Positions 30,083 to 40,612 of a stretch of 64,000 nucleotides of DNA are shown here, one piece after another (positions within the stretch are counted from its first letter, which is position 1; each line of letters starts with the position of its first letter). A program made the translations under genes and the position numbers. Source of the DNA: a bacterium (GTDB taxonomy: Bacteria > Patescibacteriota > Saccharimonadia > Saccharimonadales > UBA4665); contig JAKBVU010000001.1 of NCBI GenBank assembly GCA_021841155.1, positions 10,112 to 74,111 of the forward strand, written 5' to 3'. The notes under the pieces are model-generated. The model did not search any database, had not been told where the DNA came from, and was given only the letters and a program-made list of their open reading frames with translations.

Positions 30083-30659
30083 ACAAAGAAGTTTTATTAA
30101 TTCTGAATCTTTCAGCAATCATTTGTAAATAATTATTCGAAGGTTGATTAAGCTCATCATAACGAATAAGCTTAACTTTATTTGTTTCTAAACTAGATAA
30201 AATTTTCTTATCAGCATATTCAAAATTTTGACTAGCATCATAAATCACTACAACTTCACTTGATTGATCGAAATTAACGTTGATACTATTAACTTCTTGA
30301 TCAAAAATACATATTAATTGACTACCCTGACTAACATCTGCTCTAATAAATTCTCCTTTAATAACGACTAAAGATGAATCATAGCAATAAATCTCATTGA
30401 ATTTACCTGTTGCAAAGATAACACTTTTTTCAGAGTAAAGATTATTGCTAACACAACATTCGCTAGCATCGACAAATGAATTATCGAAAGCTAAAATATT
30501 ATTAACCCTACCATTATGTATTTTGTGAACTTCTGAGTTTGATGCCAAGATTGAATCAGCATCACCTTGCCAATCAATAATTTCATGCTGTGCATCCTCT
30601 AAATTCAAATTAACCTGATTAAAATTAGGACCAAATTGACCATCTCGTAAATTTAACAT
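30078..30659 (-). CDS. Hypothetical protein (193 aa), no recognisable domain
   Basis: The ORF track start at 30674 is a TTG. ATG 30659 (MLNLRDGQFGPNF...) lies exactly 6 nt downstream of a TTGAAT-16-TATAAT promoter. No family recognised by eye. Confidence 0.6.
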   Translation of the reverse strand: MLNLRDGQFGPNFNQVNLNLEDAQHEIIDWQGDADSILASNSEVHKIHNGRVNNILAFDNSFVDASECCVSNNLYSEKSVIFATGKFNEIYCYDSSLVVIKGEFIRADVSQGSQLICIFDQEVNSINVNFDQSSEVVVIYDASQNFEYADKKILSSLETNKVKLIRYDELNQPSNNYLQMIAERFRINKTSLL

Positions 30660-30665
30660 TAATTT

Positions 30666-30693
30666 ATTATACAATATTTTTATAAATATTCAA
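30666..30693 (-). promoter_or_regulatory. Promoter of the 193-aa hypothetical gene (leaderless pattern)
   Basis: Coding strand reads TTGAAT (30693..30688), a 16-nt spacer, then TATAAT (30671..30666), then 6 nt to ATG 30659. Confidence 0.5.
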
Positions 30694-30700
30694 ATAATGA

Positions 30701-31513
30701 CTACACTTTAAGCTCAGTAGACTGTAAGGCTGCTTGATACCAAACAACAGTAATACATTTAATAAGGGTGGGTGCTAAAAATTTTTTAATTTTTTTTGTT
30801 AAAGAAATTGTCCAACCCATTTTGTAAAAATCATCATACAAATTTAATGAAGCTACTTCCTGAGCAATCTGACGATACCACTGATCTATGCCAATATTAA
30901 AAAGATCAATTTCTTGTTGACTGGGAATTGTTTGTTTAAATTTGAGTGGCGCCATAATACTTGCTACTCCAATCTCAAAACCAAGATGAGTTATAAACAA
31001 TCCTTTTGGACCCCACATCTTCCAATTATTTTGAATAATTTCAGATTTTTTTTCACCAGACATAATTAATCTTTTTTTTATATTAGTTCTAGTTTCAATA
31101 CCTTCACCATTTCTCAATTCACTTAGTTTTTCTTCATAAGGATAATGATGAGCTGGGGTTAAACCGTCAACCATAGCATGAGACAACCAAGCCGCCTCAA
31201 ATGATGATCTTTCTAAATTTTTATCTTTTAAAGCTTTTATTAAATTATTAAAATGATATTCAATCGTAATTAATAATTTATCATCACTCAAATCATACGG
31301 TGCTAAAAAATGCCACGGCTCGTTTTTAGAAGGACTTTTTCTTTTAATAGCGTCTGGCCCATTAGAACCTTCAAAATGTAAAATATTTTTAATAGTGGGA
31401 AAATTATTATTGGGTAACATAATGCCCAGATTACGACGAGCTAATTTATCGATTTTTTGATGCACACCGATAAGATTGCCAGAATGATTTGTAATAGTTG
31501 TGCCTGAATACAT
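30701..31513 (-). CDS. Hypothetical protein with zinc-dependent phospholipase C / S1-P1 nuclease-like motifs
   Basis: 270-aa ORF. WHFLAPYD and WLSHAMVDGLTPAHH resemble the HFYDP and LHYLGDxxxPxH zinc-ligand blocks of the PLC/P1 nuclease fold. No signal peptide seen. Motif-level call only. Confidence 0.4.
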   Translation of the reverse strand: MYSGTTITNHSGNLIGVHQKIDKLARRNLGIMLPNNNFPTIKNILHFEGSNGPDAIKRKSPSKNEPWHFLAPYDLSDDKLLITIEYHFNNLIKALKDKNLERSSFEAAWLSHAMVDGLTPAHHYPYEEKLSELRNGEGIETRTNIKKRLIMSGEKKSEIIQNNWKMWGPKGLFITHLGFEIGVASIMAPLKFKQTIPSQQEIDLFNIGIDQWYRQIAQEVASLNLYDDFYKMGWTISLTKKIKKFLAPTLIKCITVVWYQAALQSTELKV

Positions 31514-31517
31514 GATT

Positions 31518-33566
31518 TTAATTAAGTAAAGAAATATTATTTAATTTTTCTATTTTGTCTTTAATTATCTTATATTGTATCAATTCTGGATCTGATTTAA
31601 AAATTTTTTGGCTTTCAATCCGAGCTTTATCTAATAATTTTTTATCGTCTAAATTTGCAAATTTTAAATCTAAGGCTCCATGTTGGTTTTCGCCGTAAAT
31701 TGAACCGGCTCCTCTAATCCTAAAATCCTCTTCCGCTAAATAAAATCCGTCACTACTCTTCTCTAAAATTTTAATCCGGGCGTTTTGCTTAATATTGCGT
31801 TCTCCGACCAAAAAGCAATATCCAGTCTTTTCACCTCGTCCAACTCTACCCCTTAATTGATGTATTTGAGCTAAGCCAAATTGATCGGCGTCAAAAATTA
31901 CCATTACCGTAGCATTAGGTACGTCAACACCAACTTCAATAACCGTAGTTGCCACTAAAATATCTATCTTATGATCGATAAATTTTTGCATAACTTCATT
32001 TTTAACTTTAGACTTTAATTGACCATGAATTAATCCTAAATTTAAATCAGAAAAAACTTGCTCTTTAAGTTCTTGATAAATAAATTCGACACTTTTACCT
32101 TTAAAAAAATTATCACTAGTTATAGCTGGACAAACAATAAAAACCTGTTCATTATTATTAACTTTTTGTCTAATAGTTTGATAGACTAATTCAATATTAC
32201 TTTCAGGAATGACTTCGGTTATAATTGGATGACGATTTATTGGCTTATCTTTTAATCTTGAAATTGATAGTTCACCAAACAAAGTTAAGGCTAAACTCCT
32301 TGGAATCGGTGTTGCTGATAAAGCCAGTAGATGTGGTTGATATGATGTCTTGTTTTGAATAGCTTGACGTTGTTTAACACCAAACCTGTGTTGTTCATCA
32401 ACAATAATGAGCGCTAAATTACTAAACTTAACATCTTCTTGCAATAAAGCGTGGGTACCAATAATAAATTTAACTTCATTATGACCAATCTGATCTTTGA
32501 TTTTAATTTTTGATGATGGACTAGTAGAACCGGTCAACAAAATAACTTGATCGTCTAAATGAACAGCTTTTAACAATTCAGTAATAGTATGATAATGTTG
32601 AATTGCTAAAACTTCAGTCGGCGCAATAAAACAAACTTGAAAGTTGTTAGTTAAAAAATTTAAGCTAGCCACTAAGGCAACAATAGTTTTACCTGAACCC
32701 ACATCACCTTGAACCAAACGATTCATGGGATAATCTTTTTGAAAATCTAATAATATTTGCCAAATAATTTGACGTTGTGAATTAGTTAGTTTAAAATTCA
32801 ATGTTTGGATAAAATTCTTTACTAGGTCAATATTCACATCAATTTTTAAAGCATGTTCTTTAGCTAAGTTTTTCTTATTAATCCTAGCTGCCAAGAATAA
32901 AACTAAGACCTCATCAAAAGCAATCCGATATTTAGCTTTTTCTAAAGAATCAAACGATTTGGGAAAATGAACTTCATATAAAGCTTGTTTTAAACTCATT
33001 AATTGAAGTTTACTTAAAGTCTCTTTTGGTAGAGATTCAGGTAACTGCAAATCATTCTTAAAAATAGTGGCCATCGTTTGACGAATTGTTTTAGAAGAAA
33101 TTAACTTAGTAGCTGAATAAATTGGTATAATTCTAGCGGAATTAACTGGAAAATCTGACATTAATTCCAAAGAAGGATTATTCACTAACAGACGACCAGA
33201 GAATAAATTAAATTTACCGTTAATTAAATATACAACATCATGTTTAATGGTTTGTTTACGATATGGCTGATTAAACCAAATTAATTTTACCGAACCGGTT
33301 TGATCATAGGCGACCGCTTCGGTTATGTGCAGACCACGTTTTGAATATCGTCCACAAACCTTATCAATAGTGGCCTTAAAACAAACATCACCTGGTGTTA
33401 AATCGTTAATAGACACTAGATTAGAATAATCAATGTACTTTCTTGGAAAATAATAGATTAAATCTAAAATTGAAAAAATATTGATTGATTCAAATTTAGT
33501 ACGCTGAATAGGTCCAACACCGTTTAGATTACTTATCAAATCATTGATAGACAAGTCACTAGACAT
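31518..33566 (-). CDS. recG: ATP-dependent DNA helicase RecG
   Basis: 682-aa ORF with an N-terminal wedge/OB domain and an SF2 helicase core (GDVGSGKT, DEQHRFG, QLRGRVGRG). Confidence 0.92.
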   Translation of the reverse strand: MSSDLSINDLISNLNGVGPIQRTKFESINIFSILDLIYYFPRKYIDYSNLVSINDLTPGDVCFKATIDKVCGRYSKRGLHITEAVAYDQTGSVKLIWFNQPYRKQTIKHDVVYLINGKFNLFSGRLLVNNPSLELMSDFPVNSARIIPIYSATKLISSKTIRQTMATIFKNDLQLPESLPKETLSKLQLMSLKQALYEVHFPKSFDSLEKAKYRIAFDEVLVLFLAARINKKNLAKEHALKIDVNIDLVKNFIQTLNFKLTNSQRQIIWQILLDFQKDYPMNRLVQGDVGSGKTIVALVASLNFLTNNFQVCFIAPTEVLAIQHYHTITELLKAVHLDDQVILLTGSTSPSSKIKIKDQIGHNEVKFIIGTHALLQEDVKFSNLALIIVDEQHRFGVKQRQAIQNKTSYQPHLLALSATPIPRSLALTLFGELSISRLKDKPINRHPIITEVIPESNIELVYQTIRQKVNNNEQVFIVCPAITSDNFFKGKSVEFIYQELKEQVFSDLNLGLIHGQLKSKVKNEVMQKFIDHKIDILVATTVIEVGVDVPNATVMVIFDADQFGLAQIHQLRGRVGRGEKTGYCFLVGERNIKQNARIKILEKSSDGFYLAEEDFRIRGAGSIYGENQHGALDLKFANLDDKKLLDKARIESQKIFKSDPELIQYKIIKDKIEKLNNISLLN

Positions 33567-33569
33567 TTT

Positions 33570-34340
33570 CTATGGTTTTTTGACTAAAAAAAAGATGCTT
33601 GGCCCAAAATAAATCTTACTTAAAATTTTCTGTAATTTAGCTTCAATTGCAAGTAAAACATTTAGTGGGACAACTTTTTTAATTAAACTATTTCTTAAAT
33701 TTGAAACCGATAAAACATCTTCAACAATAAAACCAGTGTTAATTAATTGTTGTTTTACAGTTTCAGGATTATGATTAACGAATAAAATTTCACCGTTTTT
33801 ACGATTTTCAACTGAACGAATATCAACTGGAAGAGTTGGTAATTTCTTAAACTGTAGAAAAAACTTGACTCGATGGACGAAATGATCATAATTAGCCATT
33901 TCTATAATAGCTATACCACCGGGTTTTAAAATACGATAAATTTCTTTAAAGTCTTGTTTTGGATCATAGATATGATGCATAACTCTAACCATATTAACCA
34001 AATCAACACTAGAATCTGTAAAATCTAATTTAGAAGCTGACATAATCTTTTTTTTAATCTTGTCGTGATCTAATAAAAATGTACTAGCCAACTGTAATTG
34101 TCGTTTAGATGGATCGGTTAAATAAACTTTATTAGCATATTTTTCTAATAAAACTGCTAATCGACCATATCCGCCTCCAATATCTACGGCTAGATCAAAA
34201 TATTTATTTTTTAATAATCGGTTAATAGCAATATTTTCAGCCTGATTTTCATAATTCCGAGAAATCCAATAGTGTTGATAATTATAAGATTCATCGTTAT
34301 ATTGATCGTTGCGAACATTATTTTGGTGTGTATTTTTCAT
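33570..34340 (-). CDS. Class I SAM-dependent methyltransferase
   Basis: 256-aa ORF with motif I (DIGGGYGR) and the post-I acidic residue. Substrate unknown. Confidence 0.7.
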   Translation of the reverse strand: MKNTHQNNVRNDQYNDESYNYQHYWISRNYENQAENIAINRLLKNKYFDLAVDIGGGYGRLAVLLEKYANKVYLTDPSKRQLQLASTFLLDHDKIKKKIMSASKLDFTDSSVDLVNMVRVMHHIYDPKQDFKEIYRILKPGGIAIIEMANYDHFVHRVKFFLQFKKLPTLPVDIRSVENRKNGEILFVNHNPETVKQQLINTGFIVEDVLSVSNLRNSLIKKVVPLNVLLAIEAKLQKILSKIYFGPSIFFLVKKP

Positions 34341-34348
34341 AAATATTA

Positions 34349-34354
34349 AGTATA
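34349..34354 (-). promoter_or_regulatory. -10 box for the methyltransferase gene (leaderless pattern)
   Basis: Coding strand reads TATACT, then 8 nt to ATG 34340. No SD. Confidence 0.35.
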
Positions 34355-34374
34355 CCGAATCATTTTAAAATAAA

Positions 34375-35631
34375 CTAATCAACAATTACAACAACACTGT
34401 CTTTAAATGCTTTACCCTTCCGTATAATCATAACATGATTAATCGCCTGATTGGACTGTAGAATATCATCCTTAACAACTTCAAAATTTAATGAAATAGC
34501 TCCTGCTTGCAATAATTTTTTGCCTTCAGTTTTTGATTTAATTAATCCAGAATCAATCAAAACATCAAACACAGATAATCCTTGACGAAAATTAAAGGTT
34601 TTAATTTCTTTCTTTAAAAGATTCAATTCAGGCTGAGTTAAGTTTTTTAATAATTTTTTACCAGTTAGAATATCTGACACTAAAATAACGGCCTCAGTCT
34701 TTTGTGAACCATGAATTAATTTAGTAACCGATTCAGCCAAAATTTGCTGGCCATATCTTTTTGATGGATCTTTTAAATGTTGTTTGATTATCTCTTTAAT
34801 TTCGTCATCGGAATAAAATGTATAGAACTTCAATAACTGATCAATTTGTTCGTCAACTACATTAATAAAAAATTGATAAAAATCTAAAACAGATGTCTTT
34901 GTTTCGTCTAACCAAACTGCCCCAGCCTCACTTTTACCAAATTTAACACCAGTTTTTTGATTAATCAACAATGGTAACGTCATAGCCTGAACTGTTTTAG
35001 ATTTAATTCTTTTAATTAAATTAACACCCGATAAAATATTTCCCCACTGATCAGAACCACCAATTTGTAGATCAATTTGGTACTTTTGATTTAACCAAAA
35101 ATAATCGTATGCTTGAATGTTTGCATAACTAAATTCAGCAAAAGATATGCCTTCAGAATTATCACTTAATCGTTGGGCTATAAATTCTCTGTCTAATAAT
35201 TCATTGACATTAATATACTTACCAAAATCTCTTAAAAAATCTAAAAATTTTAAATCCTTTAACCAATGATAATTATTTAACAATTGAAAGTCGTTATGAC
35301 GAAAAATGTTTTGAATTTGCGATTGAATTTTATCAACATTCTGATTAATTTCATCAATTGATAAAATTGGTCTTTCTTTATTCTTACCACTTGGGTCACC
35401 AACTAAAGTGGTGCCGCCACCTATAACCACAAAAACTTGACTGCCAAATTGAGCGAACCGTAATAATGCCACTAGACCAACTAAATGACCAATCGTTAAG
35501 CTATCTGCAGTGCCATCAATACCGTAATAAATTTTATGAGGTTGATCCAAATATTCAAATTTATCAAAGGTCTTATCTTTAACCATATTGCGCCACTGAA
35601 ATTCTTGGCTAAGTAATTTTTGATTTGACAT
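34375..35631 (-). CDS. tyrS: Tyrosine--tRNA ligase
   Basis: 418-aa class I aaRS with a HIGH-type motif (LTIGHLVG), a KMSKS-type motif (KFGKS) and a C-terminal S4 domain. Confidence 0.92.
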   Translation of the reverse strand: MSNQKLLSQEFQWRNMVKDKTFDKFEYLDQPHKIYYGIDGTADSLTIGHLVGLVALLRFAQFGSQVFVVIGGGTTLVGDPSGKNKERPILSIDEINQNVDKIQSQIQNIFRHNDFQLLNNYHWLKDLKFLDFLRDFGKYINVNELLDREFIAQRLSDNSEGISFAEFSYANIQAYDYFWLNQKYQIDLQIGGSDQWGNILSGVNLIKRIKSKTVQAMTLPLLINQKTGVKFGKSEAGAVWLDETKTSVLDFYQFFINVVDEQIDQLLKFYTFYSDDEIKEIIKQHLKDPSKRYGQQILAESVTKLIHGSQKTEAVILVSDILTGKKLLKNLTQPELNLLKKEIKTFNFRQGLSVFDVLIDSGLIKSKTEGKKLLQAGAISLNFEVVKDDILQSNQAINHVMIIRKGKAFKDSVVVIVD

Positions 35632-35639
35632 AATATTTT

Positions 35640-35648
35640 ATTCTATCA
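35640..35648 (-). promoter_or_regulatory. Extended -10 element for tyrS (leaderless pattern)
   Basis: Coding strand reads TGaTAGAAT, then 8 nt to ATG 35631. No SD. Confidence 0.45.
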
Positions 35649-35660
35649 GAATATTTCTAA

Positions 35661-36995
35661 TTATATAAATGCTTTATCTAAAGCATCAGACAACTGACGA
35701 ACATCGTAGTATCCGCTAATTTTCTTATATTTTGGACCGATAATACGACTAAAACTCTGCTTAAAAGCCTCCTCGACTCTCTGGTTAATCAAACCGACGT
35801 GCCGAATTTCGCCAGATAAACCGACTTCACCAAAAACCAAAACTGATTGATCAACAGTTTTTTTTCTAAGAGCTGAAATAATCGCCAAACAAATAGCTAA
35901 ATCACCGGCTGGTTCATCAATCGATAGACCGCCGACTATATTAATAAAAACATCTTGATTATTAAGAATTGTTTTAGTGCGTTGTTCTAATACTGCAATC
36001 AAAAGATTTAATCGATTTAAATCAAAGCCACTAGTTGTTCGTTTAGGATAACCAAAATTAGTTGGATTAACTAATGCTTGAACTTCAACTAAAATAGGAC
36101 GACTGCCTTCGACCATAGCGGTTACAACAGACCCGCTTGTTAATAAACGTTCTTCTAATAATATTTTAGAAGGATTATCGATAATTCTAAAACCAGCACC
36201 AGTCAATTCAAAAATTATGACTTCATTGGTTGGCCCAAAGCGATTTTTAATAGATTTTAAAATCTTAAAACCACCAAATCGATCGCCTTCTAATTGAATA
36301 ACGACATCAACCATATGTTCTAATAATTTAGGTCCTGCAATAGAACCATCCTTAGTTACATGACCAACAATTAATAAAGTTGTAGCGGTTTTTTTAGCCA
36401 TCTGTATCAAACTTTGAGTTGAGTTAGTGATTTGACTAATCGATCCTGTTACACCATTAACCCAGCTACAAGCAATAGTCTGAATTGAATCAACAATCAC
36501 TAGGTCAAATTTTTTACTAGCAATAGTAGCTAAAATATCATCAGTTGAATAACTATTAACTATTACTAAATTCGAACTAATTAATTTTAGGCGATTAGCG
36601 CGGTCATTAACCTGTTCGACAGATTCTTCAGCCGAAATATATAAAACTTTTCTATCATTTGCAATATAATTAGCTAATTGAATTAAAAGCGTACTTTTAC
36701 CAATACCAGGTTGACCAGAAAATAAGTTAACACTACCCTTCACTAAACCACCGCCAAGTAATTGATTTAATTCTTTAATCCCTGTCAAAAATCTAAATTG
36801 ACTAATTGATTTTTTAGCCAAATCGGTGGATCTAACGTCCAGCTCTTGTCCTAAAACAAATTTATTTTGAATTAAATCAGTTTGATCAATTTCAAGACTA
36901 TTCCAGCTTGAACATTTTGGACAACGTCCACTCCAAGTTGCAAATTTAGCTAAACAATTGGAACAAACATAAGATAGAGTCTCTTTTTTAGTCAT
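35661..36995 (-). CDS. radA: DNA repair protein RadA/Sms
   Basis: 444-aa ORF with an N-terminal Cys4 zinc finger (CSNC...CPKC), a RecA-like Walker A (GQPGIGKST) and a Lon-like C-terminal domain. Confidence 0.93.
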   Translation of the reverse strand: MTKKETLSYVCSNCLAKFATWSGRCPKCSSWNSLEIDQTDLIQNKFVLGQELDVRSTDLAKKSISQFRFLTGIKELNQLLGGGLVKGSVNLFSGQPGIGKSTLLIQLANYIANDRKVLYISAEESVEQVNDRANRLKLISSNLVIVNSYSTDDILATIASKKFDLVIVDSIQTIACSWVNGVTGSISQITNSTQSLIQMAKKTATTLLIVGHVTKDGSIAGPKLLEHMVDVVIQLEGDRFGGFKILKSIKNRFGPTNEVIIFELTGAGFRIIDNPSKILLEERLLTSGSVVTAMVEGSRPILVEVQALVNPTNFGYPKRTTSGFDLNRLNLLIAVLEQRTKTILNNQDVFINIVGGLSIDEPAGDLAICLAIISALRKKTVDQSVLVFGEVGLSGEIRHVGLINQRVEEAFKQSFSRIIGPKYKKISGYYDVRQLSDALDKAFI

Positions 36996-37001
36996 ACTCT
37001 T

Positions 37002-37007
37002 AGTATA
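37002..37007 (-). promoter_or_regulatory. -10 box for radA (leaderless pattern)
   Basis: Coding strand reads TATACT, then 6 nt to ATG 36995. Confidence 0.4.
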
Positions 37008-37009
37008 AC

Positions 37010-38011
37010 CTAATTTGAAGATGATGGAGCATAGGGATTAACCAGGGTATTTTGTAATTTAAATAACTGGTCAGAAACATTGTTACGACTGACAACTAAT
37101 TGATTATAGCTGTTAACTAAGGGCTTATATTGATTATTAATTTCATTATTAAAATTAGTCACAAGATTATTGTACTCCGTAACATCAGCTTTGTAAGTAG
37201 CGTAAGGACCGTTAATTTTTAATTGATTAATTTGTTGACCTAAGTTATTAATTTGGTTTTTTTGACTAACTAATGTCTTCGTAAGATTATTAATCTGAGT
37301 TGATAATTGATTTAAACGAATATCGTCTTTTTGAACAATATTTTCTCTATTAGTCAATTGACTCTGATAACTGTTATTAAAATTAACTACTGCTTGGCGA
37401 TTAGTAAAATATTGTTTATAGAAATTATTTAAAGCTGGTGGCAAGTTCTTACATTCAGTTGCAAAAGTTGAATTCATTTCATTTTCAACGTATCCAGGTT
37501 CAGTTTTTCGGTAAATAGCTATTTGAGCTTTAATAACTGGACTTTTTAAATCGTGATTATAAAAATTCATTAATTCCGTATCCAATTTATTTCTATTTTG
37601 GTTACTCAATCGACTATATATACCGTGTAACATTTCGTGAGCGGCAGTCACTTGTTCTAAGCCATACAATGTCGGATCGGATACATTCAAAAGATAAATT
37701 CCACCCTCATTGCCATGATAACAGCCAAGCACAATACTTTGAGACGGATCTTTATTGGGGCAATATAAATAAAAACTATTTAAATTAATTAATTTCGGAT
37801 AATTAATGTAAAAAATGGTCCGAGCATAATTAGTCATAGTATCTTGCTGGGCTAATTTAACTATTGCTTCTGGAGGTTTATAATTAATTAACAGAATATC
37901 ATCATAAATAGTATAAAAATTTAAATAACCAATAACCAAAATTATTACTATGATCAATAAACTAACAAGCCAAAATACATTTTTAAAACTTATTTTGGCT
38001 AAACCAGACAT
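37010..38011 (-). CDS. Membrane-anchored hypothetical protein with an HExxH motif and a Q/N-rich coiled-coil tail
   Basis: 333-aa ORF with an N-terminal TM helix (VFWLVSLLIIVIILVIGYL), AAHEMLHGIY (zincin-like HExxH) and C-terminal heptad-like Q/N/L repeats. It starts 6 nt after the clpC stop. Confidence 0.6.
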   Translation of the reverse strand: MSGLAKISFKNVFWLVSLLIIVIILVIGYLNFYTIYDDILLINYKPPEAIVKLAQQDTMTNYARTIFYINYPKLINLNSFYLYCPNKDPSQSIVLGCYHGNEGGIYLLNVSDPTLYGLEQVTAAHEMLHGIYSRLSNQNRNKLDTELMNFYNHDLKSPVIKAQIAIYRKTEPGYVENEMNSTFATECKNLPPALNNFYKQYFTNRQAVVNFNNSYQSQLTNRENIVQKDDIRLNQLSTQINNLTKTLVSQKNQINNLGQQINQLKINGPYATYKADVTEYNNLVTNFNNEINNQYKPLVNSYNQLVVSRNNVSDQLFKLQNTLVNPYAPSSSN

Positions 38012-38017
38012 TGTATA

Positions 38018-40531
38018 TTAAACTTTTTGAGTTATTTTTTGTTCATTAACAATTTTATATGATAATTGATTATTCTTAACACTAATTTCTACAATATCAC
38101 CTGTATTGAGTTGACCAGCAATAATTTTTTGCGAAACAAAATCTTCAATAGTAGTTTGAATTAATCTTTTTAGTGGTCGAACGCCGTTTTGTTGATCATA
38201 ACCCTTATCAAGAAAATATTTTTTTGCAACTGGCAATAAATGAACCATAGTTCCCTTGCGGCTTAATCTAGTATTTAAATCATTAATCTGTAAATCAATA
38301 ATTTTTTTAATATCTTGCTTGGATAAAGTATTAAAAACTATTACCTTGTCAATTCGATTTAACAATTCGGGCCGTAAAAATTGATTTAATTCATTGACGA
38401 CCGCTTCTTCATTAATATCATTAATCTTGTCTAGATTTTCTTTTTCATTATGATTGTCAGACGTACTAATAGTAAAACCATACTTAGAATTTATTTCTTT
38501 TTTCAAAAGATTAGCTCCTAAGTTGCTAGTCATAATAATAACTGTATTCGTAAAATCAATCTTACGTCCTTTGGAATCAGATAAATAACCATCTTCAAGA
38601 ATTTGCAATAAAATATTAAAAATATCTGGGTGAGCTTTTTCGATTTCATCAAAAAGCACTAAACTATATGGTTGACGACGAATTTTATCGGTTAATTGTC
38701 CTTCTTGGTCATAGCCTATATAACCTGCTGGTGCACCCAATAAACGAGACAGGCTATAGGATTCACTAAACTCACTCATATCGATTTTAATTAATGATGA
38801 GCTATTACCATAAAATTCTCGGGCTAATACTCGAGCAAGTTCAGTTTTTCCTACACCCGAAGGTCCCAAAAAAACAAAAGAACCAATAGGATGATTTTCA
38901 CTAGCAATACCTGATCGACTTCGTCGAATAGATTGAGACACAACCTTGACAGCTTCTTGTTGACCAATAACTTTTTTTGATAAAGTTTTCTCTAAATTAA
39001 GCAAGTAACTAGCTTCCGAACTAATAATTTTACTGACCGGAATACCTGTCATTCGAGCAATTACATCATTAAGATCTTCCTTTGTTAAAGTTAGATTTTT
39101 CTTAATTTTTTTCTTACTTTGATAGTCGGTTAAATCTTTTTCAATTCGGGATAATTTGGTTTTATATTTTGCAGCTAATTCGTAGTTTTCCGATTCTACA
39201 GCTTCTTCAATACGATTAGTTAATAAGTCAATTTCTTTTTGAAGATTTCTGACATATGGATCTGTTCTTAAAGCGATAATTTTTAAATGAGCCGAAGCTT
39301 CGTCAATTAAATCTATGGCTTTATCTGGCATGAAACGATCGTGAATATAACGCTTAGCTAATTGAGCAGCTAATTCAATGACATCATCTTTAATAATTAC
39401 TCCGTGAAACGATTCATAATACTTTCTTAGACCCTTTAAAATAGCTATTGTTTCCATCTCATTAGTTTCTGGAACCTGAATTGGTTGGAATCGTCTTTCG
39501 AGTGCAGAATCTTTTTCAATATATTTAGTGTATTCAGCCGTGGTAGTAGCACCAATTAGACGAATATCACCTCGAGCTAAAGCCGGCTTTAAAATATTAC
39601 CGGCATCCATAGCCCCTTCGGCTGCACCAGCACCAACAATTAAATGAATCTCATCAATAAAAATGATTGTTTTATGATCTTTGCTTAGGTCACTCATAAC
39701 TTTTTTTAAACGATCTTCAAATTCACCTCGATATTTAGTACCCGCAATCATGCCTGCTAAATCAAGGATAATAATTCGATGATCGAGAAGTGACTCGGGT
39801 ACATCTTCATTAATAATTTTCTGAGCTAAGCCCTCAACAATTGCTGTTTTACCAACACCTGGTTCGCCAATTAAAACAGGGTTATTTTTAGTCCGTCGAT
39901 TTAAAATAGTAATCAGTCTATGGATTTGAACATCACGCCCAATAACTGGATCTAATTTATGATTTTTAGCTAACTTAGTTAAATCAGTACCGTAAGTTTC
40001 TAAAATTGATTTTTTATAATTAAACTTTCTTCCTGATTGATTCATGTAGTTATAAGATTTAGAATTTTGTTGACGAGCAAACAAATCATTCAACTCTTGT
40101 AAAATTGCATCCGTATCGACATTAAAATCTTTTAACAGCACAACTGCATTTGAATTTTTTTGAGTTAATAAACTATAAACAATGTGTTCTGTGCCACAAA
40201 AATTTTGTCCATAATCCTGAGAAATCTCATAGGCCATTTTTAAAGTTAATTTAGCTGTTTCACTTAAACCTTTGACATTAGAGACTTGTTGAATTTTTTT
40301 CTTTTCAGATAATTTATTTTTTACTTTTTCAAAGTTTATTCCAGCTTTTTCTAAAACCTTATAGCCCAAACTGCTTTCTTGACTTAAAATACCGAAGAAC
40401 AAATGAAAAGTACCAACATAAGAGTCACCTAAATTATGAGCTAAAAATTCAGCTTGCTTTAAACTAGCTAATGCGTTATCAGTTAAATGATTTAAAAAGT
40501 CTTTGAAATCAGGGTTTGAATTTGAATACAT
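38018..40531 (-). CDS. clpC: ATP-dependent Clp protease ATP-binding subunit ClpC-like (class I AAA+)
   Basis: 837-aa ORF with two Clp_N repeats, two Walker A boxes ([16 protein letters not shown]), a short UVR-like middle motif ([20 protein letters not shown]) and a candidate ClpP-docking loop (KYGF). Size and the short M-domain favour ClpC over ClpB. Confidence 0.8.
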   Translation of the reverse strand: MYSNSNPDFKDFLNHLTDNALASLKQAEFLAHNLGDSYVGTFHLFFGILSQESSLGYKVLEKAGINFEKVKNKLSEKKKIQQVSNVKGLSETAKLTLKMAYEISQDYGQNFCGTEHIVYSLLTQKNSNAVVLLKDFNVDTDAILQELNDLFARQQNSKSYNYMNQSGRKFNYKKSILETYGTDLTKLAKNHKLDPVIGRDVQIHRLITILNRRTKNNPVLIGEPGVGKTAIVEGLAQKIINEDVPESLLDHRIIILDLAGMIAGTKYRGEFEDRLKKVMSDLSKDHKTIIFIDEIHLIVGAGAAEGAMDAGNILKPALARGDIRLIGATTTAEYTKYIEKDSALERRFQPIQVPETNEMETIAILKGLRKYYESFHGVIIKDDVIELAAQLAKRYIHDRFMPDKAIDLIDEASAHLKIIALRTDPYVRNLQKEIDLLTNRIEEAVESENYELAAKYKTKLSRIEKDLTDYQSKKKIKKNLTLTKEDLNDVIARMTGIPVSKIISSEASYLLNLEKTLSKKVIGQQEAVKVVSQSIRRSRSGIASENHPIGSFVFLGPSGVGKTELARVLAREFYGNSSSLIKIDMSEFSESYSLSRLLGAPAGYIGYDQEGQLTDKIRRQPYSLVLFDEIEKAHPDIFNILLQILEDGYLSDSKGRKIDFTNTVIIMTSNLGANLLKKEINSKYGFTISTSDNHNEKENLDKINDINEEAVVNELNQFLRPELLNRIDKVIVFNTLSKQDIKKIIDLQINDLNTRLSRKGTMVHLLPVAKKYFLDKGYDQQNGVRPLKRLIQTTIEDFVSQKIIAGQLNTGDIVEISVKNNQLSYKIVNEQKITQKV

Positions 40532-40583
40532 TGATTACCTTATTATTTTAAATTATATTTAATAAAATATAAACCTAATTTAT

Positions 40584-40612
40584 ATAATACTCGATTAGCA
40601 CTCTCACGTCAA
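40584..40612 (-). promoter_or_regulatory. clpC promoter
   Basis: Coding strand reads TTGACG (40612..40607), a 17-nt spacer, then TATTAT (40589..40584). A ~50-nt leader with AAGG before ATG 40531 follows. Confidence 0.5.
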
